A stretch of 64,000 nt of DNA from the human T2T-CHM13v2.0 reference genome, Homo sapiens (GCF_009914755.1 NC_060934.1), one strand, 5' to 3'; positions 12,111 through 26,541 are shown, numbered from the stretch's first letter. Numbers and translations: made by a program. Notes: generated by a model not told the origin, from the letters alone.

Positions 12111-12925
12111 TTTGTGTATTTTATTGTATGTAAATTATAACAACGAAAAATATTTTTAAAGTCATTTTTTTTTCTGAGTTCCATATAGCTCAACATGTCT
12201 TCCCAGGAACAATTCTCATTGCCACTTCTACAAAGACATTTCCATGTAACTAATTTTTGGCACATAAATGTAGACCAAGTGCTAAAAGCAGCAGGTTCAC
12301 ACCACCTCCTACACAGTATCTGTGATTTGACACAGTCTTGCATATTCAATAGCAATGTTAATGGATGCATTTTGCTCTAACAAAGCTAGGTGGTTTTTAA
12401 TGTTTAAAGATACGTACATTATAATTCACAGCACTTGTAGACACTGATGTTTAGTTTCTGTTTTTAAGATTGTTATTTTAAAATGTGGGGATCTTCCATG
12501 AAACATTAAGGTCTTGTTTACATGCAAACTACAGTTTAATTCTGCAAATCAAAGAAGTTTTATGGGACTCTTTGAGGGGAATGTACATATTAACCACAGT
12601 CAGCCTCTTCCCTTTAAGCTTGCTGACATATGGTAAAATTTGCCTCCTTGTTTTCTTCAATAAAGTGCTATTTGTGCTTTGCATTTCTCATTAACGATTC
12701 GATTTATTTCAGCTCATTAAAGCCCGGATAAAACCAATGGAAAGGGCATATTGTCCATGTAGTTTCTTGTGCCTGGAAATGTTGCAGGCGAGCGTGGACA
12801 GAGAAGAATCAGAAAGATTGACAGAGTACACTGGGGCCTCTCCCATATCTATAGCCCAGCTTGGAGTGGGAGAAATTTCTGGGAGCACTGTGCTTTCTAC
12901 CCTCCCACTTTTGGCTTCCTATGAC

Positions 12926-13464
12926 TGAAACCATCCTTACAAGGTTAACAAGAACTACATGCAGGGCTCTGGGCAGAAATATAGTTACAATTAAGTATTA
13001 ATCAGGCTGCACTTTGGCTTACTTCCATGTAATCAAAATTTTGTCACTTAGCACTAGCCGCTGACCATTTGCATACCCATTGTTCCTACAGATAGGATCA
13101 CTGACATTAGAATCCTAAGCCTTTTGCTTAAGAATTGCTTGGGATGTTCTTCAGATGTAAATTCCAGTGGAAAGAATGACACCAACCAGTTTGAAGACTC
13201 CCAAAGAGGAACCAAATCAGCATGTGAGAATGCAGGTTCTCCACATCCCCATCCCCTGACTTCATCCTGCACTCTTCACCCAACCAATGATCTCCACACC
13301 TTGGTGCAACCCAAAATTCTTAAAACTTCTAGCTCCAAAGTTTTCGGGGAGGTGGATTTGAGGTTTCCTTCCATCTCTTTGTTCAGAGGCTTTATTAATA
13401 AAACTCTGTGCTGCAACCTTCAGTGACTTGCTGCATCTCTGGCAACTAACATGTTACCATCACA
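12926..13464 (+). mobile_element. ERV solo LTR (LTR47/MER72-like)
   Basis: TG...CA ends (tgaaaccatcc...ccatcaca), AATAAA near 13396, 4-bp flanks tgac/tggc. Family name tentative. Confidence 0.75.
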
Positions 13465-13589
13465 TGGCAGCCAAATTATTCTCAGCACATAGTGACTAAT
13501 CTCCATTATAGCTACTTAATGTCTTTATGTTCTATTCTATATTATAGCTACTTATGTTTTTATTTCTTCATAAGGAGAGAAGTGCGTTG

Positions 13590-14290
13590 CAGGTTGGATG
13601 TGCACATGCCTTTGAGTTGGACAGACCTCAACTCAAATCCTGGCTGTAGCCCCCCAAAACACAAGGTCATTCACCTGGCAACTAACAAATGACCTCCATG
13701 AGAATTCAGGTTTTGATGAATAGGAGTTTTATTTAGTTGGCACAAGTAAGGAAAACACTGGGAGTATTCTCCGAAGCAATGTCTCCCTGAGAGAAAGTGA
13801 CAGAAGGGTTTTATGGGGTGATGGAGAGTGGGGAGGGTACATCATTGCATGTAGAGGAGGGGTCCCATTGCACAGATACACTGAGTCATTATGCCAGCAC
13901 ATAGGTCACATATTATGGCAATAAAGTTATAGCTTCTCCCAGGGTGGAGAGCACGGTAATGAGGAAAGTTCACCTAGGTTCATCTGTAAGTTGCCAAGGC
14001 CTGTCAAAAGCTGGTCCCAACCAACATGGTGACCACATTCAACCTAGGGTTTGAGAAAAATAGGCTGCAGGGTAGGAAGCTGTAAAGCAGGCTGGTTGCT
14101 CAAGTTGATTGAATTCCTAGAGACCCTCCCTGTCTGCTTACATAACCTAAAATCTGAGCCTTGATTTTCTCATCTTTAAAATGGGGCCAATTATATCTAT
14201 CTTCCGGGGCAGTTAAGATTCAATGGCCTAACACCTGTGAGGCCCCCGGTCCAGGTTCTGATCCATAGGAGATGCTCTACAGATGCTCAT
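13590..14290 (+). mobile_element. MIR split by an LTR (13590-13644 and 14143-14290)
   Basis: acagacctcaactcaaatcctggc | LTR | taacctaaaatctgagccttgattttctcatctttaaaatgggg. Confidence 0.7.
13645..14142 (-). mobile_element. ERVL-class solo LTR (LTR32-like)
   Basis: The minus strand begins TGTAAGCAGACAGGGAGGGTCTC and ends ...GCTACA. Poly(A) signal (ttttattt on +) near 13727. Confidence 0.75.
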
Positions 14291-14946
14291 GTCCAGGCTC
14301 TTCTGCTCCTCAAATGCTCCTCAAGGGCAGAGCCCATGAGATTTTCCCCTTTGGGTGCCACCAGCTCTCAAGCAAAGAGTACGTCTTAAATGTTTTTGGA
14401 ATGAATGTATGGATAACAATGAGTTTTCGTTCATTAGTGCAATTATTTGAATAATGTTTGTCTCTCTGCCACTAGACTGGACTATAACAAACTCTAGGAG
14501 TTGGGTGTGTATTTGCCTTTGCTTATTATTCTCTCATTTCCAGCAAAATCCTGGCATGTATAAGGTATTAAATAGATCTTTGCTGAATAGATGAACACAT
14601 CATTGGAAGCAACACTAAGAAATAAAGCTCTCTGGGCATGAGGGGTGTAAGTGTGAGTGTGCACATGTGTGTGTCCATTTACATTTCATAATCAGAAAAG
14701 ACCATTGTATTATTACTCTAATACAATTCCATTCCATTCCAATGTATTAGTGTTCCATTGTATTAGGATTCTGAGGTAGAGAAAGAGGCAACACTGAATA
14801 AAGGTATATGGAGGTGGGATGAAAGTCTCTTTTGGAAAAGCTGGAGAAGGAATGAAAGAGGAGAATCAAAGTCTGGTTTAGAGTTTACTCCACAAAATCC
14901 ATCTTAAGAGACAAAAACAATTTGGCCTCAGAACTCAAAATCTTAA

Positions 14947-15548
14947 TGTTACTGACCACAGGTTCTTGGGCCCTCAATGCAATAGAAATTGACAAAAAGC
15001 CAAGAGTTTTTCCAGACAGGGCTTTCTTGGTGCTTATGCACAGGCATAAGGTAGGCAACCCAAGAGACAGAATTCTCAGTCTGGCTCCCCAAAGAGAGTC
15101 AGGAGAGTAATTTTAAAGGGGCTAAAGCAGGAAGAGCATGAGGTTTAAGCATGCAGAGGTGGGGAGCTTCTGGCACCAGCACAGTTTGATAACATAATTC
15201 TTTGTGAGTCACATGTCTCAATAGCATATTAAATCTCCACCCTGGGCATGGTTTTTAGTATTATAATGAAGCTAAGGTGAAGGGTGAAGGATTGGTCATC
15301 CTTCTGGTCTTGTGTGCATGTAGGAGATGGGGCTAACTCCCTTGAGTAACATTTAAGATGGGAGCTGATTATTTCAGCCTCCTCAAGGTCCCACATTCAG
15401 TGGGCATGGCACCTTGAGCAAGATTTACGGTGCACAGTCTGGACGGTCTGACTGGAGCTCCTTCTGGCTACACCCCTGTCACCAGCTTGCAATAGAGGTC
15501 ACTGGTGAGGCATGGGAGGGAGCCAAGTCCTATCCCTACTCTGCCTCA
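14947..15548 (-). mobile_element. ERV1 solo LTR (MER66-like)
   Basis: The minus strand begins TGAGGCAGAGTAGGGATAGGACTTGGC and ends GGTCAGTAACA; 4-bp flanks ttaa/ttta. Confidence 0.75.
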
Positions 15549-16696
15549 TTTAACAAGCTAATAAAAGTAAATATCATTTTATAAACAACACTCAATACTA
15601 TCTTCAGGTTGCAAGCTCCAAATTTATCATTTCTTTTATTGTGACCCTGTTTCCAGGATGTGATTTATTCATTGCCTTGCCAAGACCAAGGCATCTTGGC
15701 ATGAACCAGTTTGGCCACTGTTTTGGTCCAGACTGCCTTGATTGCTGTCCTGCCATCCACCAACCAAGCTGGAGAGGGATCTATAACTCAGGGATTCTAC
15801 CACCTGTCAGACTCTGTGTGTTACCCTTGAAATTTACTGGCTTCTGGGTCCTGAGTCCTGGCTCCTGCTTCCCCCATGTGATTGTGGAAACCATATCTCT
15901 TTGTCTCCCTGCTCAGCCTACCCATATAATATAATCTAGAGTATGTTTCTTTTCTGGTTATAAAATGTAAAAATTTGGGGAAAAAAGCACAAATATAGAT
16001 AAGAAAATTAAAATCACCTGTAAACTCAATACCCAGAAATAACAACTTTACAAGTATACACACACATACACCACATACACACACAACACACACCCTTTTT
16101 ATCCCCCATAAAATTGAAATTTTACTCTTCATATGTTTGTAACATTTCTGATTTGGTTTTCTTTTTGCTAAGAGTACATTGGGAACATACTTACTCCAAC
16201 ATAAATATTCTTTAAGTTTTGGTTTTTAGAAACCATAAAATATTCACAATATACCATATATTTTAAAGAAATTTCATTTGTTGGTAACAGTGCAGTTTTC
16301 TATACTTTACAATTATAAATCAGAATGTCTTTATAAGAAATTCCTAGATCAAAGGCTACATATATTTTAGGATTTTTAACATATATTGACAAGTTGTCTT
16401 GCAGAAACATGAGACCCATTTCCACTGTACACAGCCTCGACCCTGAGTACTATACATTTTTTCATGCTTTTTGTGATGTAAAAAAATCCAATACTATTTC
16501 CTAATAGGATTTGTCTTTTCTACTATATTTGAGTATGAGTTACTTACAAAGTAAACTTATTCTCTTTTGTTCATATAAAATATATGCAACTTTTTCCCTG
16601 TATTTTGTTTTCTTTTGATTATACATATGGAATTTACTGATACATAGAAGATATATGAACTTCAGTAACCATTTAAACATTTAACTAAACATTAAG

Positions 16697-17094
16697 TTAG
16701 TTTTTAACAAAAAATTTTAAAAGTAAAATATACATCAAAAATTTTAAAACAGAAAAAAGCATATAGAATAAAAATATAAAGAAAAAATATTTTTGCACAG
16801 CTGTACAATGTGTTTTAAGCTAAATGTTATTACAAAAGAGTCAAAAAGTTAAAAATTAAAAAATATATAAAGTAAAAAGTTATAGTAAGCTGAGGTTAAT
16901 TTATTATTGAAGAAAAAGAAGCTTTTAAATAAATGTAGTATAGCCTAAGTACACAGTGCTTATAAAGTTTATAGTAGTGTTTGGTACCATCCTAGGCCTT
17001 CAGATTCACTCATCAATGACTCACCCACTCACCTAGAGCAACTTCCATACTGTAAGATCCATTCATGGTAAGTGCCCTACACAGGTGTACCTTT
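16697..17094 (-). mobile_element. Tigger3b (MER7) internal segment, inverted duplicate
   Basis: Reverse complement of 17469-17740, plus additional Tigger3b sequence (gcacagctgtacaatgtgttttaagctaa). Confidence 0.88.
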
Positions 17095-17194
17095 AAACAC
17101 TTTTAAACACAAGTCTGCTTTTGTGGTTATTATTTTTTTACATTTAACTTTTAAAACATTGTTTTCTCAGTGTATAAAACTGATAATTGATATA

Positions 17195-18066
17195 CAGTGA
17201 TCTGTCACTTAACGTCAGGGATATGTTCTGAGAAATGTGTCTTTAGGTGGTTTCATCATTGTGTGAACATCATAGGGTGTCTGTCCTTGCACAAACCTGG
17301 ATGGCATAGCATCCTACACACCTAAGCAATATGATACAGTCCATTGCTCCTGGGCTATACACCTGTACAGCATATTACCCTACTTAATTCCGTAAGCAAT
17401 TGGAACCCAGTGGTAAATATCTGTGTATCTAAACATCTCTAAACATAAAAAAGGTAAAGTATAGTATAAAAGGTACACCTGTATAGGGCACTTACCATGA
17501 ATGGATCTTATAGGACTGGAAGTTGCTCTGGGTGAGTGGGTGAGTGGGTGAGTCATTGGTGAATGAATCTGAAGGCCTAGGATGGTACCAAACACTACTA
17601 TAAACTTTATAAGCACTGTGTACTTAGGCTATACTACATTTATTTAAAAGCTTTTATTTCTTCAATAATAAATTAACCTCAGCTTACTATAACTTTTTAC
17701 TTTATATATTTTTTAATTTTTAACTTTTTGACTGTTTTGTTAAACTAAACATTTAACTTATTTTTACACAAGTAGTAAAATCTAAACTAATAAAAAGTAT
17801 AGTATAGCAAATACCTAAACCAGTAACATAAGTTGTTTATTACTGTAATCAAGTATTCTATACTGTACATAATTATACTCAACTTTTATGACTAGCAGCT
17901 CAGTAGTTTTGTATCCACGAGTATCACCACCAACATGGAGTAATGCCTTGCACTACAACATTACAACCTCACTGAGCAATAGAATTTTCCAGTTTCATTA
18001 TATTCTTATGAGATCACCATCCTACATGTGGTCTTTTATTGACCAAAACTGTTATATGAGGTACTG
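17195..18066 (+). mobile_element. Tigger3b (MER7) DNA transposon with internal deletion
   Basis: TA|cagtgatctgtcacttaacgtcagggatatgttctgagaaatgtgtc terminal repeat; 3' end ...gaccaaaactgttatatgagg... Confidence 0.9.
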
Positions 18067-18176
18067 TGTGTATACACATATTATATAATATGTATATACG
18101 TGTTTATATATGTCTATATGTGTGTATATGTGTATATATATACATATATATGTATATTTGTGTGTATATACACACT
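18066..18176. repeat. (TA/TG)n low-complexity microsatellite
   Basis: tatatgtgtgtatatgtgtatatatatacatatatatg. Confidence 0.9.
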
Positions 18177-18989
18177 TTTCCAAATGGTTAACCAGCTGTA
18201 TGGACAACATTTAGTGAATAGTCCATTTTGACGATTTGCAATGCTACATATATCATGTACTAAATACCATTTTTTCCTTGGGTCTGTTTCTAGAATTTCC
18301 ATTCTATTTCATTACTTGCCCACTGCTATTCTCACTTCATGCTATTTTGTTCATTGTTACTTGAAAAACCTTATTTAATATCTTATAGAGCAAGGAATCT
18401 CCTGGCCTATCGCATTATCTTACAAAATGTGCTTAGCTATACCCATCTTTTAATTTTTTTCCAGATGAATTTGATTATCCATTTTTCATTTTTAAAAGTG
18501 CCTCATTAGAATTTTGATATTAATTGAATTTAAAGTTGTGTAGAATAGTAATCTTCAAAATCTTGAAAGTTTTCATCCAGTAAATGATGCTTTGCTCACT
18601 TTTTTTGAAAGAAGTTTACAGGTGTTTTAAAAGTTTTTAAGTATTTTTTATAGATTCTATATACAGAATCTATATATATGTCTTATGAGATTTGTAAATT
18701 TTTTTTATTTTTAGTAACCATTGTGCATGAAATCTTTAATTTGGCATTTTCTTTCTAGTTTTTACTAGTATAAAGTGACTTCTCTATATTTACTTTGTAA
18801 CCAATCAATTTTCTGTACTCATATTAGTTTCACTTTTTTTTTCTTTCAGTTTGGTTCTTTTGGGTTTTCTGGGAAGACCATCACTATTAAAAAAAAGGAT
18901 AATTTTGAATCCCCTTTACAATATGTCAGCTTTTTAATTCTTTTAATCACATTAGTAAAATTTTAGGATCACTTTTGCTTTTGTTTTAA

Positions 18990-20390
<1,401 letters not shown>

Positions 20391-20617
20391 AGGTCACTTT
20401 TTAAATAGATGTGATAGCTGATATTCCTGACTTCAATGGAAATATCCCTGTCATTACAACATTAATATAATACGAGCTACGGGTTTCAAATGAATAGTTT
20501 TGCAATTGTAAAGACAATCTGAATTCAAATCCCTAAGTTAATAAACATATTTAACAGAGATGGATATGTAACTACCTGTTTTATTGAATTATTTTTCTCC
20601 TTTGATCTATTAATGTG

Positions 20618-21038
20618 TGTGTTAGTCCATTTTGCATTGCTGTAAAGGAATACCTGAGAATGGGTAATTTATTTTTTAAAAAAGGTTATTTGGCTCACAG
20701 TTCTGCAGGCTGTGCAAGCATGGGACCAGCATCTGGCTCAGCTTCTTGTGAAGCCTCAGGATGCTTTTAGTCATGGCAGAAGGTAAAGGGAGGCAGTGTG
20801 TGACATGGAGAGACAGGGAGTAGGAGAGAGGAGGAGGAGGTGCCAGGCTTTTTTAAATAACCAGGTCTTTCACGAACTAACAGAATGAGAACTCACTCAT
20901 TATCATGAGGACAGCACCAGGCCATTTATGAGACATTTGCCTCTACGACCCAAACACGTCCCACTAGGCCCACATCTAATATTGGAGGTCACATTTTAAC
21001 ATGAGATTTTGAAGGAACAAAACCTACAAACCATATAA
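20618..21038 (-). mobile_element. MSTB/MSTB1 MaLR solo LTR
   Basis: tgtgttagtccattttgcattgctgtaaaggaatacctgag...caaaccatat. Confidence 0.9.
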
Positions 21039-21042
21039 TGTG

Positions 21043-21078
21043 TGTATCAGTTAAGGTTTTCCAGTGAAAAAGATTAAA

Positions 21079-21113
<35 letters not shown>

Positions 21114-21570
21114 TAATTTATTATGGTAATTGGCTTCCATGATGATGGAAGCTGGGAAGTCCCATGATACACTGTCAGGAAATCCAGCGGTTTAATTCAC
21201 TCTGAGTCTGAAGGCCTGAGAACTAGAGGAGCCAATGGTGTGACTCTCAGTCCAAAGGAATACAAACCTGATATCTGTTACTGTAAGTCCCAGAGTCCAA
21301 AGGAGCCCTGATGTCTGAAGGCAGGAGAATATGGGTGTCCCAGATCCAGAAGAGAGAGCAAATTCACCTTTCTCTACCTTTTTCTTCTATTCAGACCCTC
21401 AACGGATTGGATAAAACCCTGTCACATTGGTGAGAGTGGGTCTTCTTTACTCAGTCTACTGATTCAAATGCTAATCTCTTCCAGAAACACCTTCACAGAC
21501 ACTCCCCAAAATGACTGAACAGCTCACTGGTATCCCTTAATGCAGTCAAGTTGACACTTTAACCATCATA
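21043..21570 (-). mobile_element. MLT2B-type ERVL solo LTR with (GATA/GACA)n at 21079-21114
   Basis: gagtctgaaggcctgagaac..., tttactcagtctactgattcaaatgctaatctcttccagaaacac..., cagtcaagttgacac. Confidence 0.88.
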
Positions 21571-21684
21571 ATATCATTTTTATTAATTGATTCTTACTAT
21601 TAAACTATTTTTCCAAATCACAAATATACCGTTAAGATTGATATGCTCCACTCTCAGGTTTTAATTTCAGGTTTAAGCCCATAA

Positions 21685-22087
<403 letters not shown>

Positions 22088-22342
22088 AAAAAATTATTTT
22101 TGTTGTATCTACATTAATTTCTACCTCCTGTTTCCTATTGTTTTTCTTATCTAATTATTTATACTATTTAGCTTATTTTTCTTTTTATAAGAATAAAAGC
22201 ATTTAAGGATAATAATTTACTTCTGAGTTTAGCCTTAGCTATACATTTCCATGCTTGTCATTGTTAATTTCTAAATTCTATATTATTTGTTTTTGCCTTT
22301 ATTTGTGACCAAGATTTATTTAGTGTATTTACATTTTCCAAA

Positions 22343-24431
22343 TGATACGGTTTGGCTGTCTCCCTACCCAAATCTTATCTTGAATTGTAGTTCCCATAAT
22401 CCCCACACATTATGAAAGGGACCCTGTGGGAGGGCAGTTACACCAATGCTGCTGTTCTCATGATAGTGAGTGAGTTCTCATGAGACCTAATGGTCTATAA
22501 GGGCCTTTTCCCTCTTTGCTCAGCACTTGTCCTTCCTGCCATCATGTGAAGAAGGACATGTTTGCTCCCTCTTCTGCCATGATTGTAAGTTTCCTGAGGC
22601 CTCCCCAGCCATGTGGTGCTGTGAGTCAATTAAACCACTTTCCTTTATAAATTACCCATTTATAGGCAGTCCTTTACAGCAACATGAGAATGAACTAATA
22701 CAGTAAATTGGTAGAGAGTGGGGTGCTGCTATAAAGAGACCCAAAAATGTGAAAGTGACTTTGGAACTGGGTAAAAGGCAGGGGTTGGAACAGTTTGGAG
22801 GGCTTAGAAAAAGATAGGAAAATGTGGGGAAGTTTGGAACTTCCTAGAGACTTAGAGGGCTCAGAAGACAGGAAGATGTGGAAACATTTGGAACTCCCTA
22901 GAGACTTGTTAAATGACTTTGACTAAAATGCTGAGAGTGATAGCGATATGGACAATGAAGTCAAGGCTGAGGTCTCAGATGGAGATGAGAAACTTGTTGA
23001 GAACTGGAATAAAGGTGACTCTTGTTATGTTTTAGCAAAGAGACTGGTGACATTTTTCCACTGCCCTAGAAATCTGTGGAACTTTGAACTTGAGAGCGAT
23101 GATGTTAGGGTATGTGGTGGAAGAAATTTCTAAATAGCAAAGCATTCAAGAGGTGACTTGGGTGCTGTTAAAAGCATTAAGTTTTATGTATTCACAAAGA
23201 TATGGTTTGGAATTGGAACTTATATTTGAAAGGGAAGCAGGGCACAAAAGTTCAGAAAATTTGCAGCCTGACAACGTGATAGAAAAGAAAAACCCATTTT
23301 CTGAGAAATTCAAGCCAGCTGCAGAAATTTGCTTAAGTAATGAGGAGCCAAATGTTAATAACAAAGACAATGGGGGAAATGCCTCCAGGGCATGTCAGGG
23401 GTCTTCACAGCAGCCCCTCCAATCACAGGTCTGAAGGCCTCAAAGGAAAAAAATGATTTTGTGGGCTGGGTCCAGGGCCTTGCTGCTTTGTGCAGTCTCA
23501 GGACTTGGTGCCGTGTCCCAGCTATGGCTGAACTGGGCCAACAAACAGCTCAGGCTGTTGCTTCGGAGGTTGCAATCCCCAAGCCTTGGTAGCTTACATG
23601 TGGTGTTGGGCCTGAGGGTGCACAGGAGTCAAGAACCTAGGTTTGGGAACCTCTGCCTAGATTTCAGAGGATCTATGGAAATGCCTGGCTGTCCAGGCAG
23701 AAGTGTGCTGCAGGGGTGGATCCTTCATGGAGCACCTCTGCTAGGGCAGTGTAAAAGGGAAATGTGGGGTGGGAACCCCCACACACAGTCCCCACTGGGG
23801 CACTACCTAGTGGAGCTGTGAGAAAAGGACCATAGTCCTCCAGACCTTAGAATGCTAGATCCTTCAGCAGCTTGCATTGTGCACCTGGAGAAGCTGCAGA
23901 TGCTCAATGCCAACCCATGAGAGCAGCTGGGAGGGGGGCTGTACCCTGCAAAGCCACAAGGGGAGAGCTGCTTAAGGCCACAGGAGCCCACATCAGCATG
24001 ACCTGGATATGAAAACATGGAGTCAAAGCAGGTCATTTTGGAACTTTAAGATTTGACTGCACCACTGGATTTTGGACTTGCATGGGGCCTATGGCCCCCT
24101 CATTTTAGCCAATTTCTCCCATTTGGAATGGGTGTAACTACCCAATGTCTGTACCCCCATTATATCAAGGAAATAATTAACTTGCTTTTGATTTTATAGG
24201 CTCATAGGCACAAGGGACTTGCCTTGTCTCAGATGAAACTTTGGACTTGGACTCTTGGGTTAATGCTGGAATGAGTTAAGACTTTGGGGGACTGATGGGA
24301 AGGCATTATTGTGTTTTGAAACGTGAGATTTGGGAGGGGCCAGAGGTGAAATGATATCGTTTGGCTGATCTGATTGTCTTATAAGGGGCTTCTCCCTCTT
24401 TGCTTGACACTTCTCCTTCTTGCTATCATGT
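22343..24431 (+). mobile_element. THE1D MaLR: 5' LTR 22343-22702, internal region 22703-24351, deleted/truncated 3' LTR 24352-24431
   Basis: tgatacggtttggctg...gaactaataca LTR; internal ttggaacttcctagagac repeats; polypurine tract tttgggaggggccag before the 3' LTR. Confidence 0.92.
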
Positions 24432-25824
24432 TACTGCCTTTTGGGTAGAAAATTATTGCCTTAGAGAATATGATCTACTCAATTTGTGATTTTTTGAAAT
24501 AATTTGGAACTTTACTGCTTAATGTGTGTGCTATTTTTATATATGTTTTGTTTGAGCTAGAATAAGAAAGGTACATTCTTTATAGGGTATAAAATTTGGG
24601 ATGTATTTATTAAACTAACCTTAAAATTTTATTTTTCAGAATCTCTAATTGCCTATTTAATCTCTTTGGTTTGTCAAATGCAAAGAAATGTGCAAGTTGC
24701 CAACTTTTTGTTTTTCTGTCATTTTCTCGTGGTTTTTTTTAGCCTTTGCTTTATGTATTTTGACATCACAATGTTTAATAATTGCATTCTTTTTCTTTTT
24801 TCTTGTGTTTAAAAAGACATTATTATCTATGCCAGAGAATTTCTTCTGTGGTAAATATTTGATTTTTCCCAGGTATCAAATCAGTCCTTTGGTATTTCTA
24901 ATACTGATTAATATTCTTCCATTGCAATTATAGTTTCAGTTTTAATCTATGTAAATCCATTCAGTTTCCTTTTAAGTCTACCTACATCCTGCCTTAATGA
25001 GAAAATACATGTAAAATATTTTGAATGGTACCCAGCACATAGTGAGTGCTCAGTTAAGTGTTAGCTATTTTCATGGCTAATGCCATTTAATTTTTGTAGA
25101 GAACATCTTTTAAAGCTTATGAAACACCTTTGTGTCAAAAATTGATATACTTCCTGTGTCGTTCAAGACTGAACTCTTCCTAAGCTCCTCAAAAGCAATG
25201 CTCTTCTTTTGTCATCGGTTCCATGGAGCTCTGCAGCTTTCTGTTTTCACATCTTGAATTGCTTCTCCAAGCTTGGTATTCGTCCTGAAGCTAGTTGTGT
25301 TCCCCCTTGGTCCTATTTACTGAATCACTATTTGCTTTGAGAATCCTCCACTGAAATCTTAACTTGGAGGGCTGGATGATATAAATTGCATTATCAGTTC
25401 AGCAATCCAGTAGCCTGGATGGGAAAGGATGGGAAGACACTGGAGCCCTAGATTGGCTACTGTTGGGAAAACACTAAGACATTTCTTCTTTATTGTTTAG
25501 TGAATCCTTTGTACATGGGGTCACTCTTCTCAGCCAGCTCACTCTTTAGCCTGGTCCTTTTGCCAGTGACAAGCTGCTGCTTCCCAGATTCCTACTCAGC
25601 TCTATTGCCTACTGCCATCTTTTCTTCTCATCTGATGCTATGGAAAAGTTGCAATCTCCAGTGGTATGGACTTTAAAGGCTGCTGACCTACATGATCAAA
25701 AAGTAGACTAAGTCCCACATTTTATGCTACACAGCCTCCCTTTAAAATTAGGTGCTGCTTGCAGAAAGTTTTTTTGCTTTATTCTTACTAGGGGGCGGTA
25801 TCAATGCATTCACTTGCATCCAAC

Positions 25825-25968
25825 TCTATGCCATATGTCCTGGTTTGCCCAGGAGAGTCCCAGTTTATACCGGTTATGGATCAACTAATGCCTACTGATC
25901 ATTTAACTATTCCCTTTCACTCTCAAAAAGTGTTCTGGCTTAAGATATAAATTATATAATTTCCATAT
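25825..25968 (-). mobile_element. MER94-like hAT-Blackjack element
   Basis: ccatatgtcctggtttgcccaggagagtcccagtttat...ccctttcactctcaaaaagtgt...ataaattatat. Confidence 0.7.
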
Positions 25969-26090
25969 GAATAATCGGTTTACAGCTGCTTACATAGCAG
26001 GTGGCTCTGTAAAGAAAGGGCTGATTGCCTCTAAAGGGGATATAGGTCTGAAACCACAAAGTATAAATCTTTCAATAGGGGGTGAGAGTC

Positions 26091-26541
26091 TGCATTAGCC
26101 ATTCTTGCATTGCTGTAAAGGAATACCATCTAGGTATTACTCAGGTAAATTACCTGAGGCCAGGTAATTTAAAATAGGTTTAATAGGCTCAAGGTTCTAC
26201 AGACTGTGCAAGCATGGTGCTGGCATCTGCTCAGCTTCTGAGGAGGCCTCAGGGAGATTTTACTCAAGTCAGAAGGTGAAGTAGGAGCAGGCACTTTACA
26301 TGGTGAAAGAAGGAGCAAGAGAGAAAGTGGGGGGTAAGTGCCACATGCTTTTAAGCAACCAGATCTTGCAATAAGTCACTATCACGAGGATAGCACCAAG
26401 GAGATAGTGCCCAACCTTTCATGAGAAATCCGCACCCCCCCCCCCCTCCGCAAGGATGCAAACACCTCCCACAAAGTCCCACCTCCAATACTGGGGATTT
26501 CAACATGAGATTTGATGGGGACACAGATCCAAATCATATCA
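26091..26541 (-). mobile_element. MSTB-type MaLR solo LTR
   Basis: Perfect 5-bp TSD gagtc (26086-26090 / 26542-26546); ends gatccaaatcatatca. Confidence 0.93.

Noticed and set aside
11867-12370. 167-aa minus-strand ORF
   Set aside because: Spans LTR and L1-like fragments, with no recognisable domain or exon structure.
13505-13563. Imperfect 36-bp-period duplication (attatagctactta x2)
   Set aside because: Ordinary slippage duplication in AT-rich DNA.
22948-24036. Several overlapping ORFs resembling those at 44662-45983
   Set aside because: Frameshifted THE1D-int remnants; the similarity reflects the shared repeat family.
25785-25801. CTCF-like motif cttactagggggcggta
   Set aside because: It lacks the conserved 5' CC of the core motif. 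Too weak to call without ChIP data.
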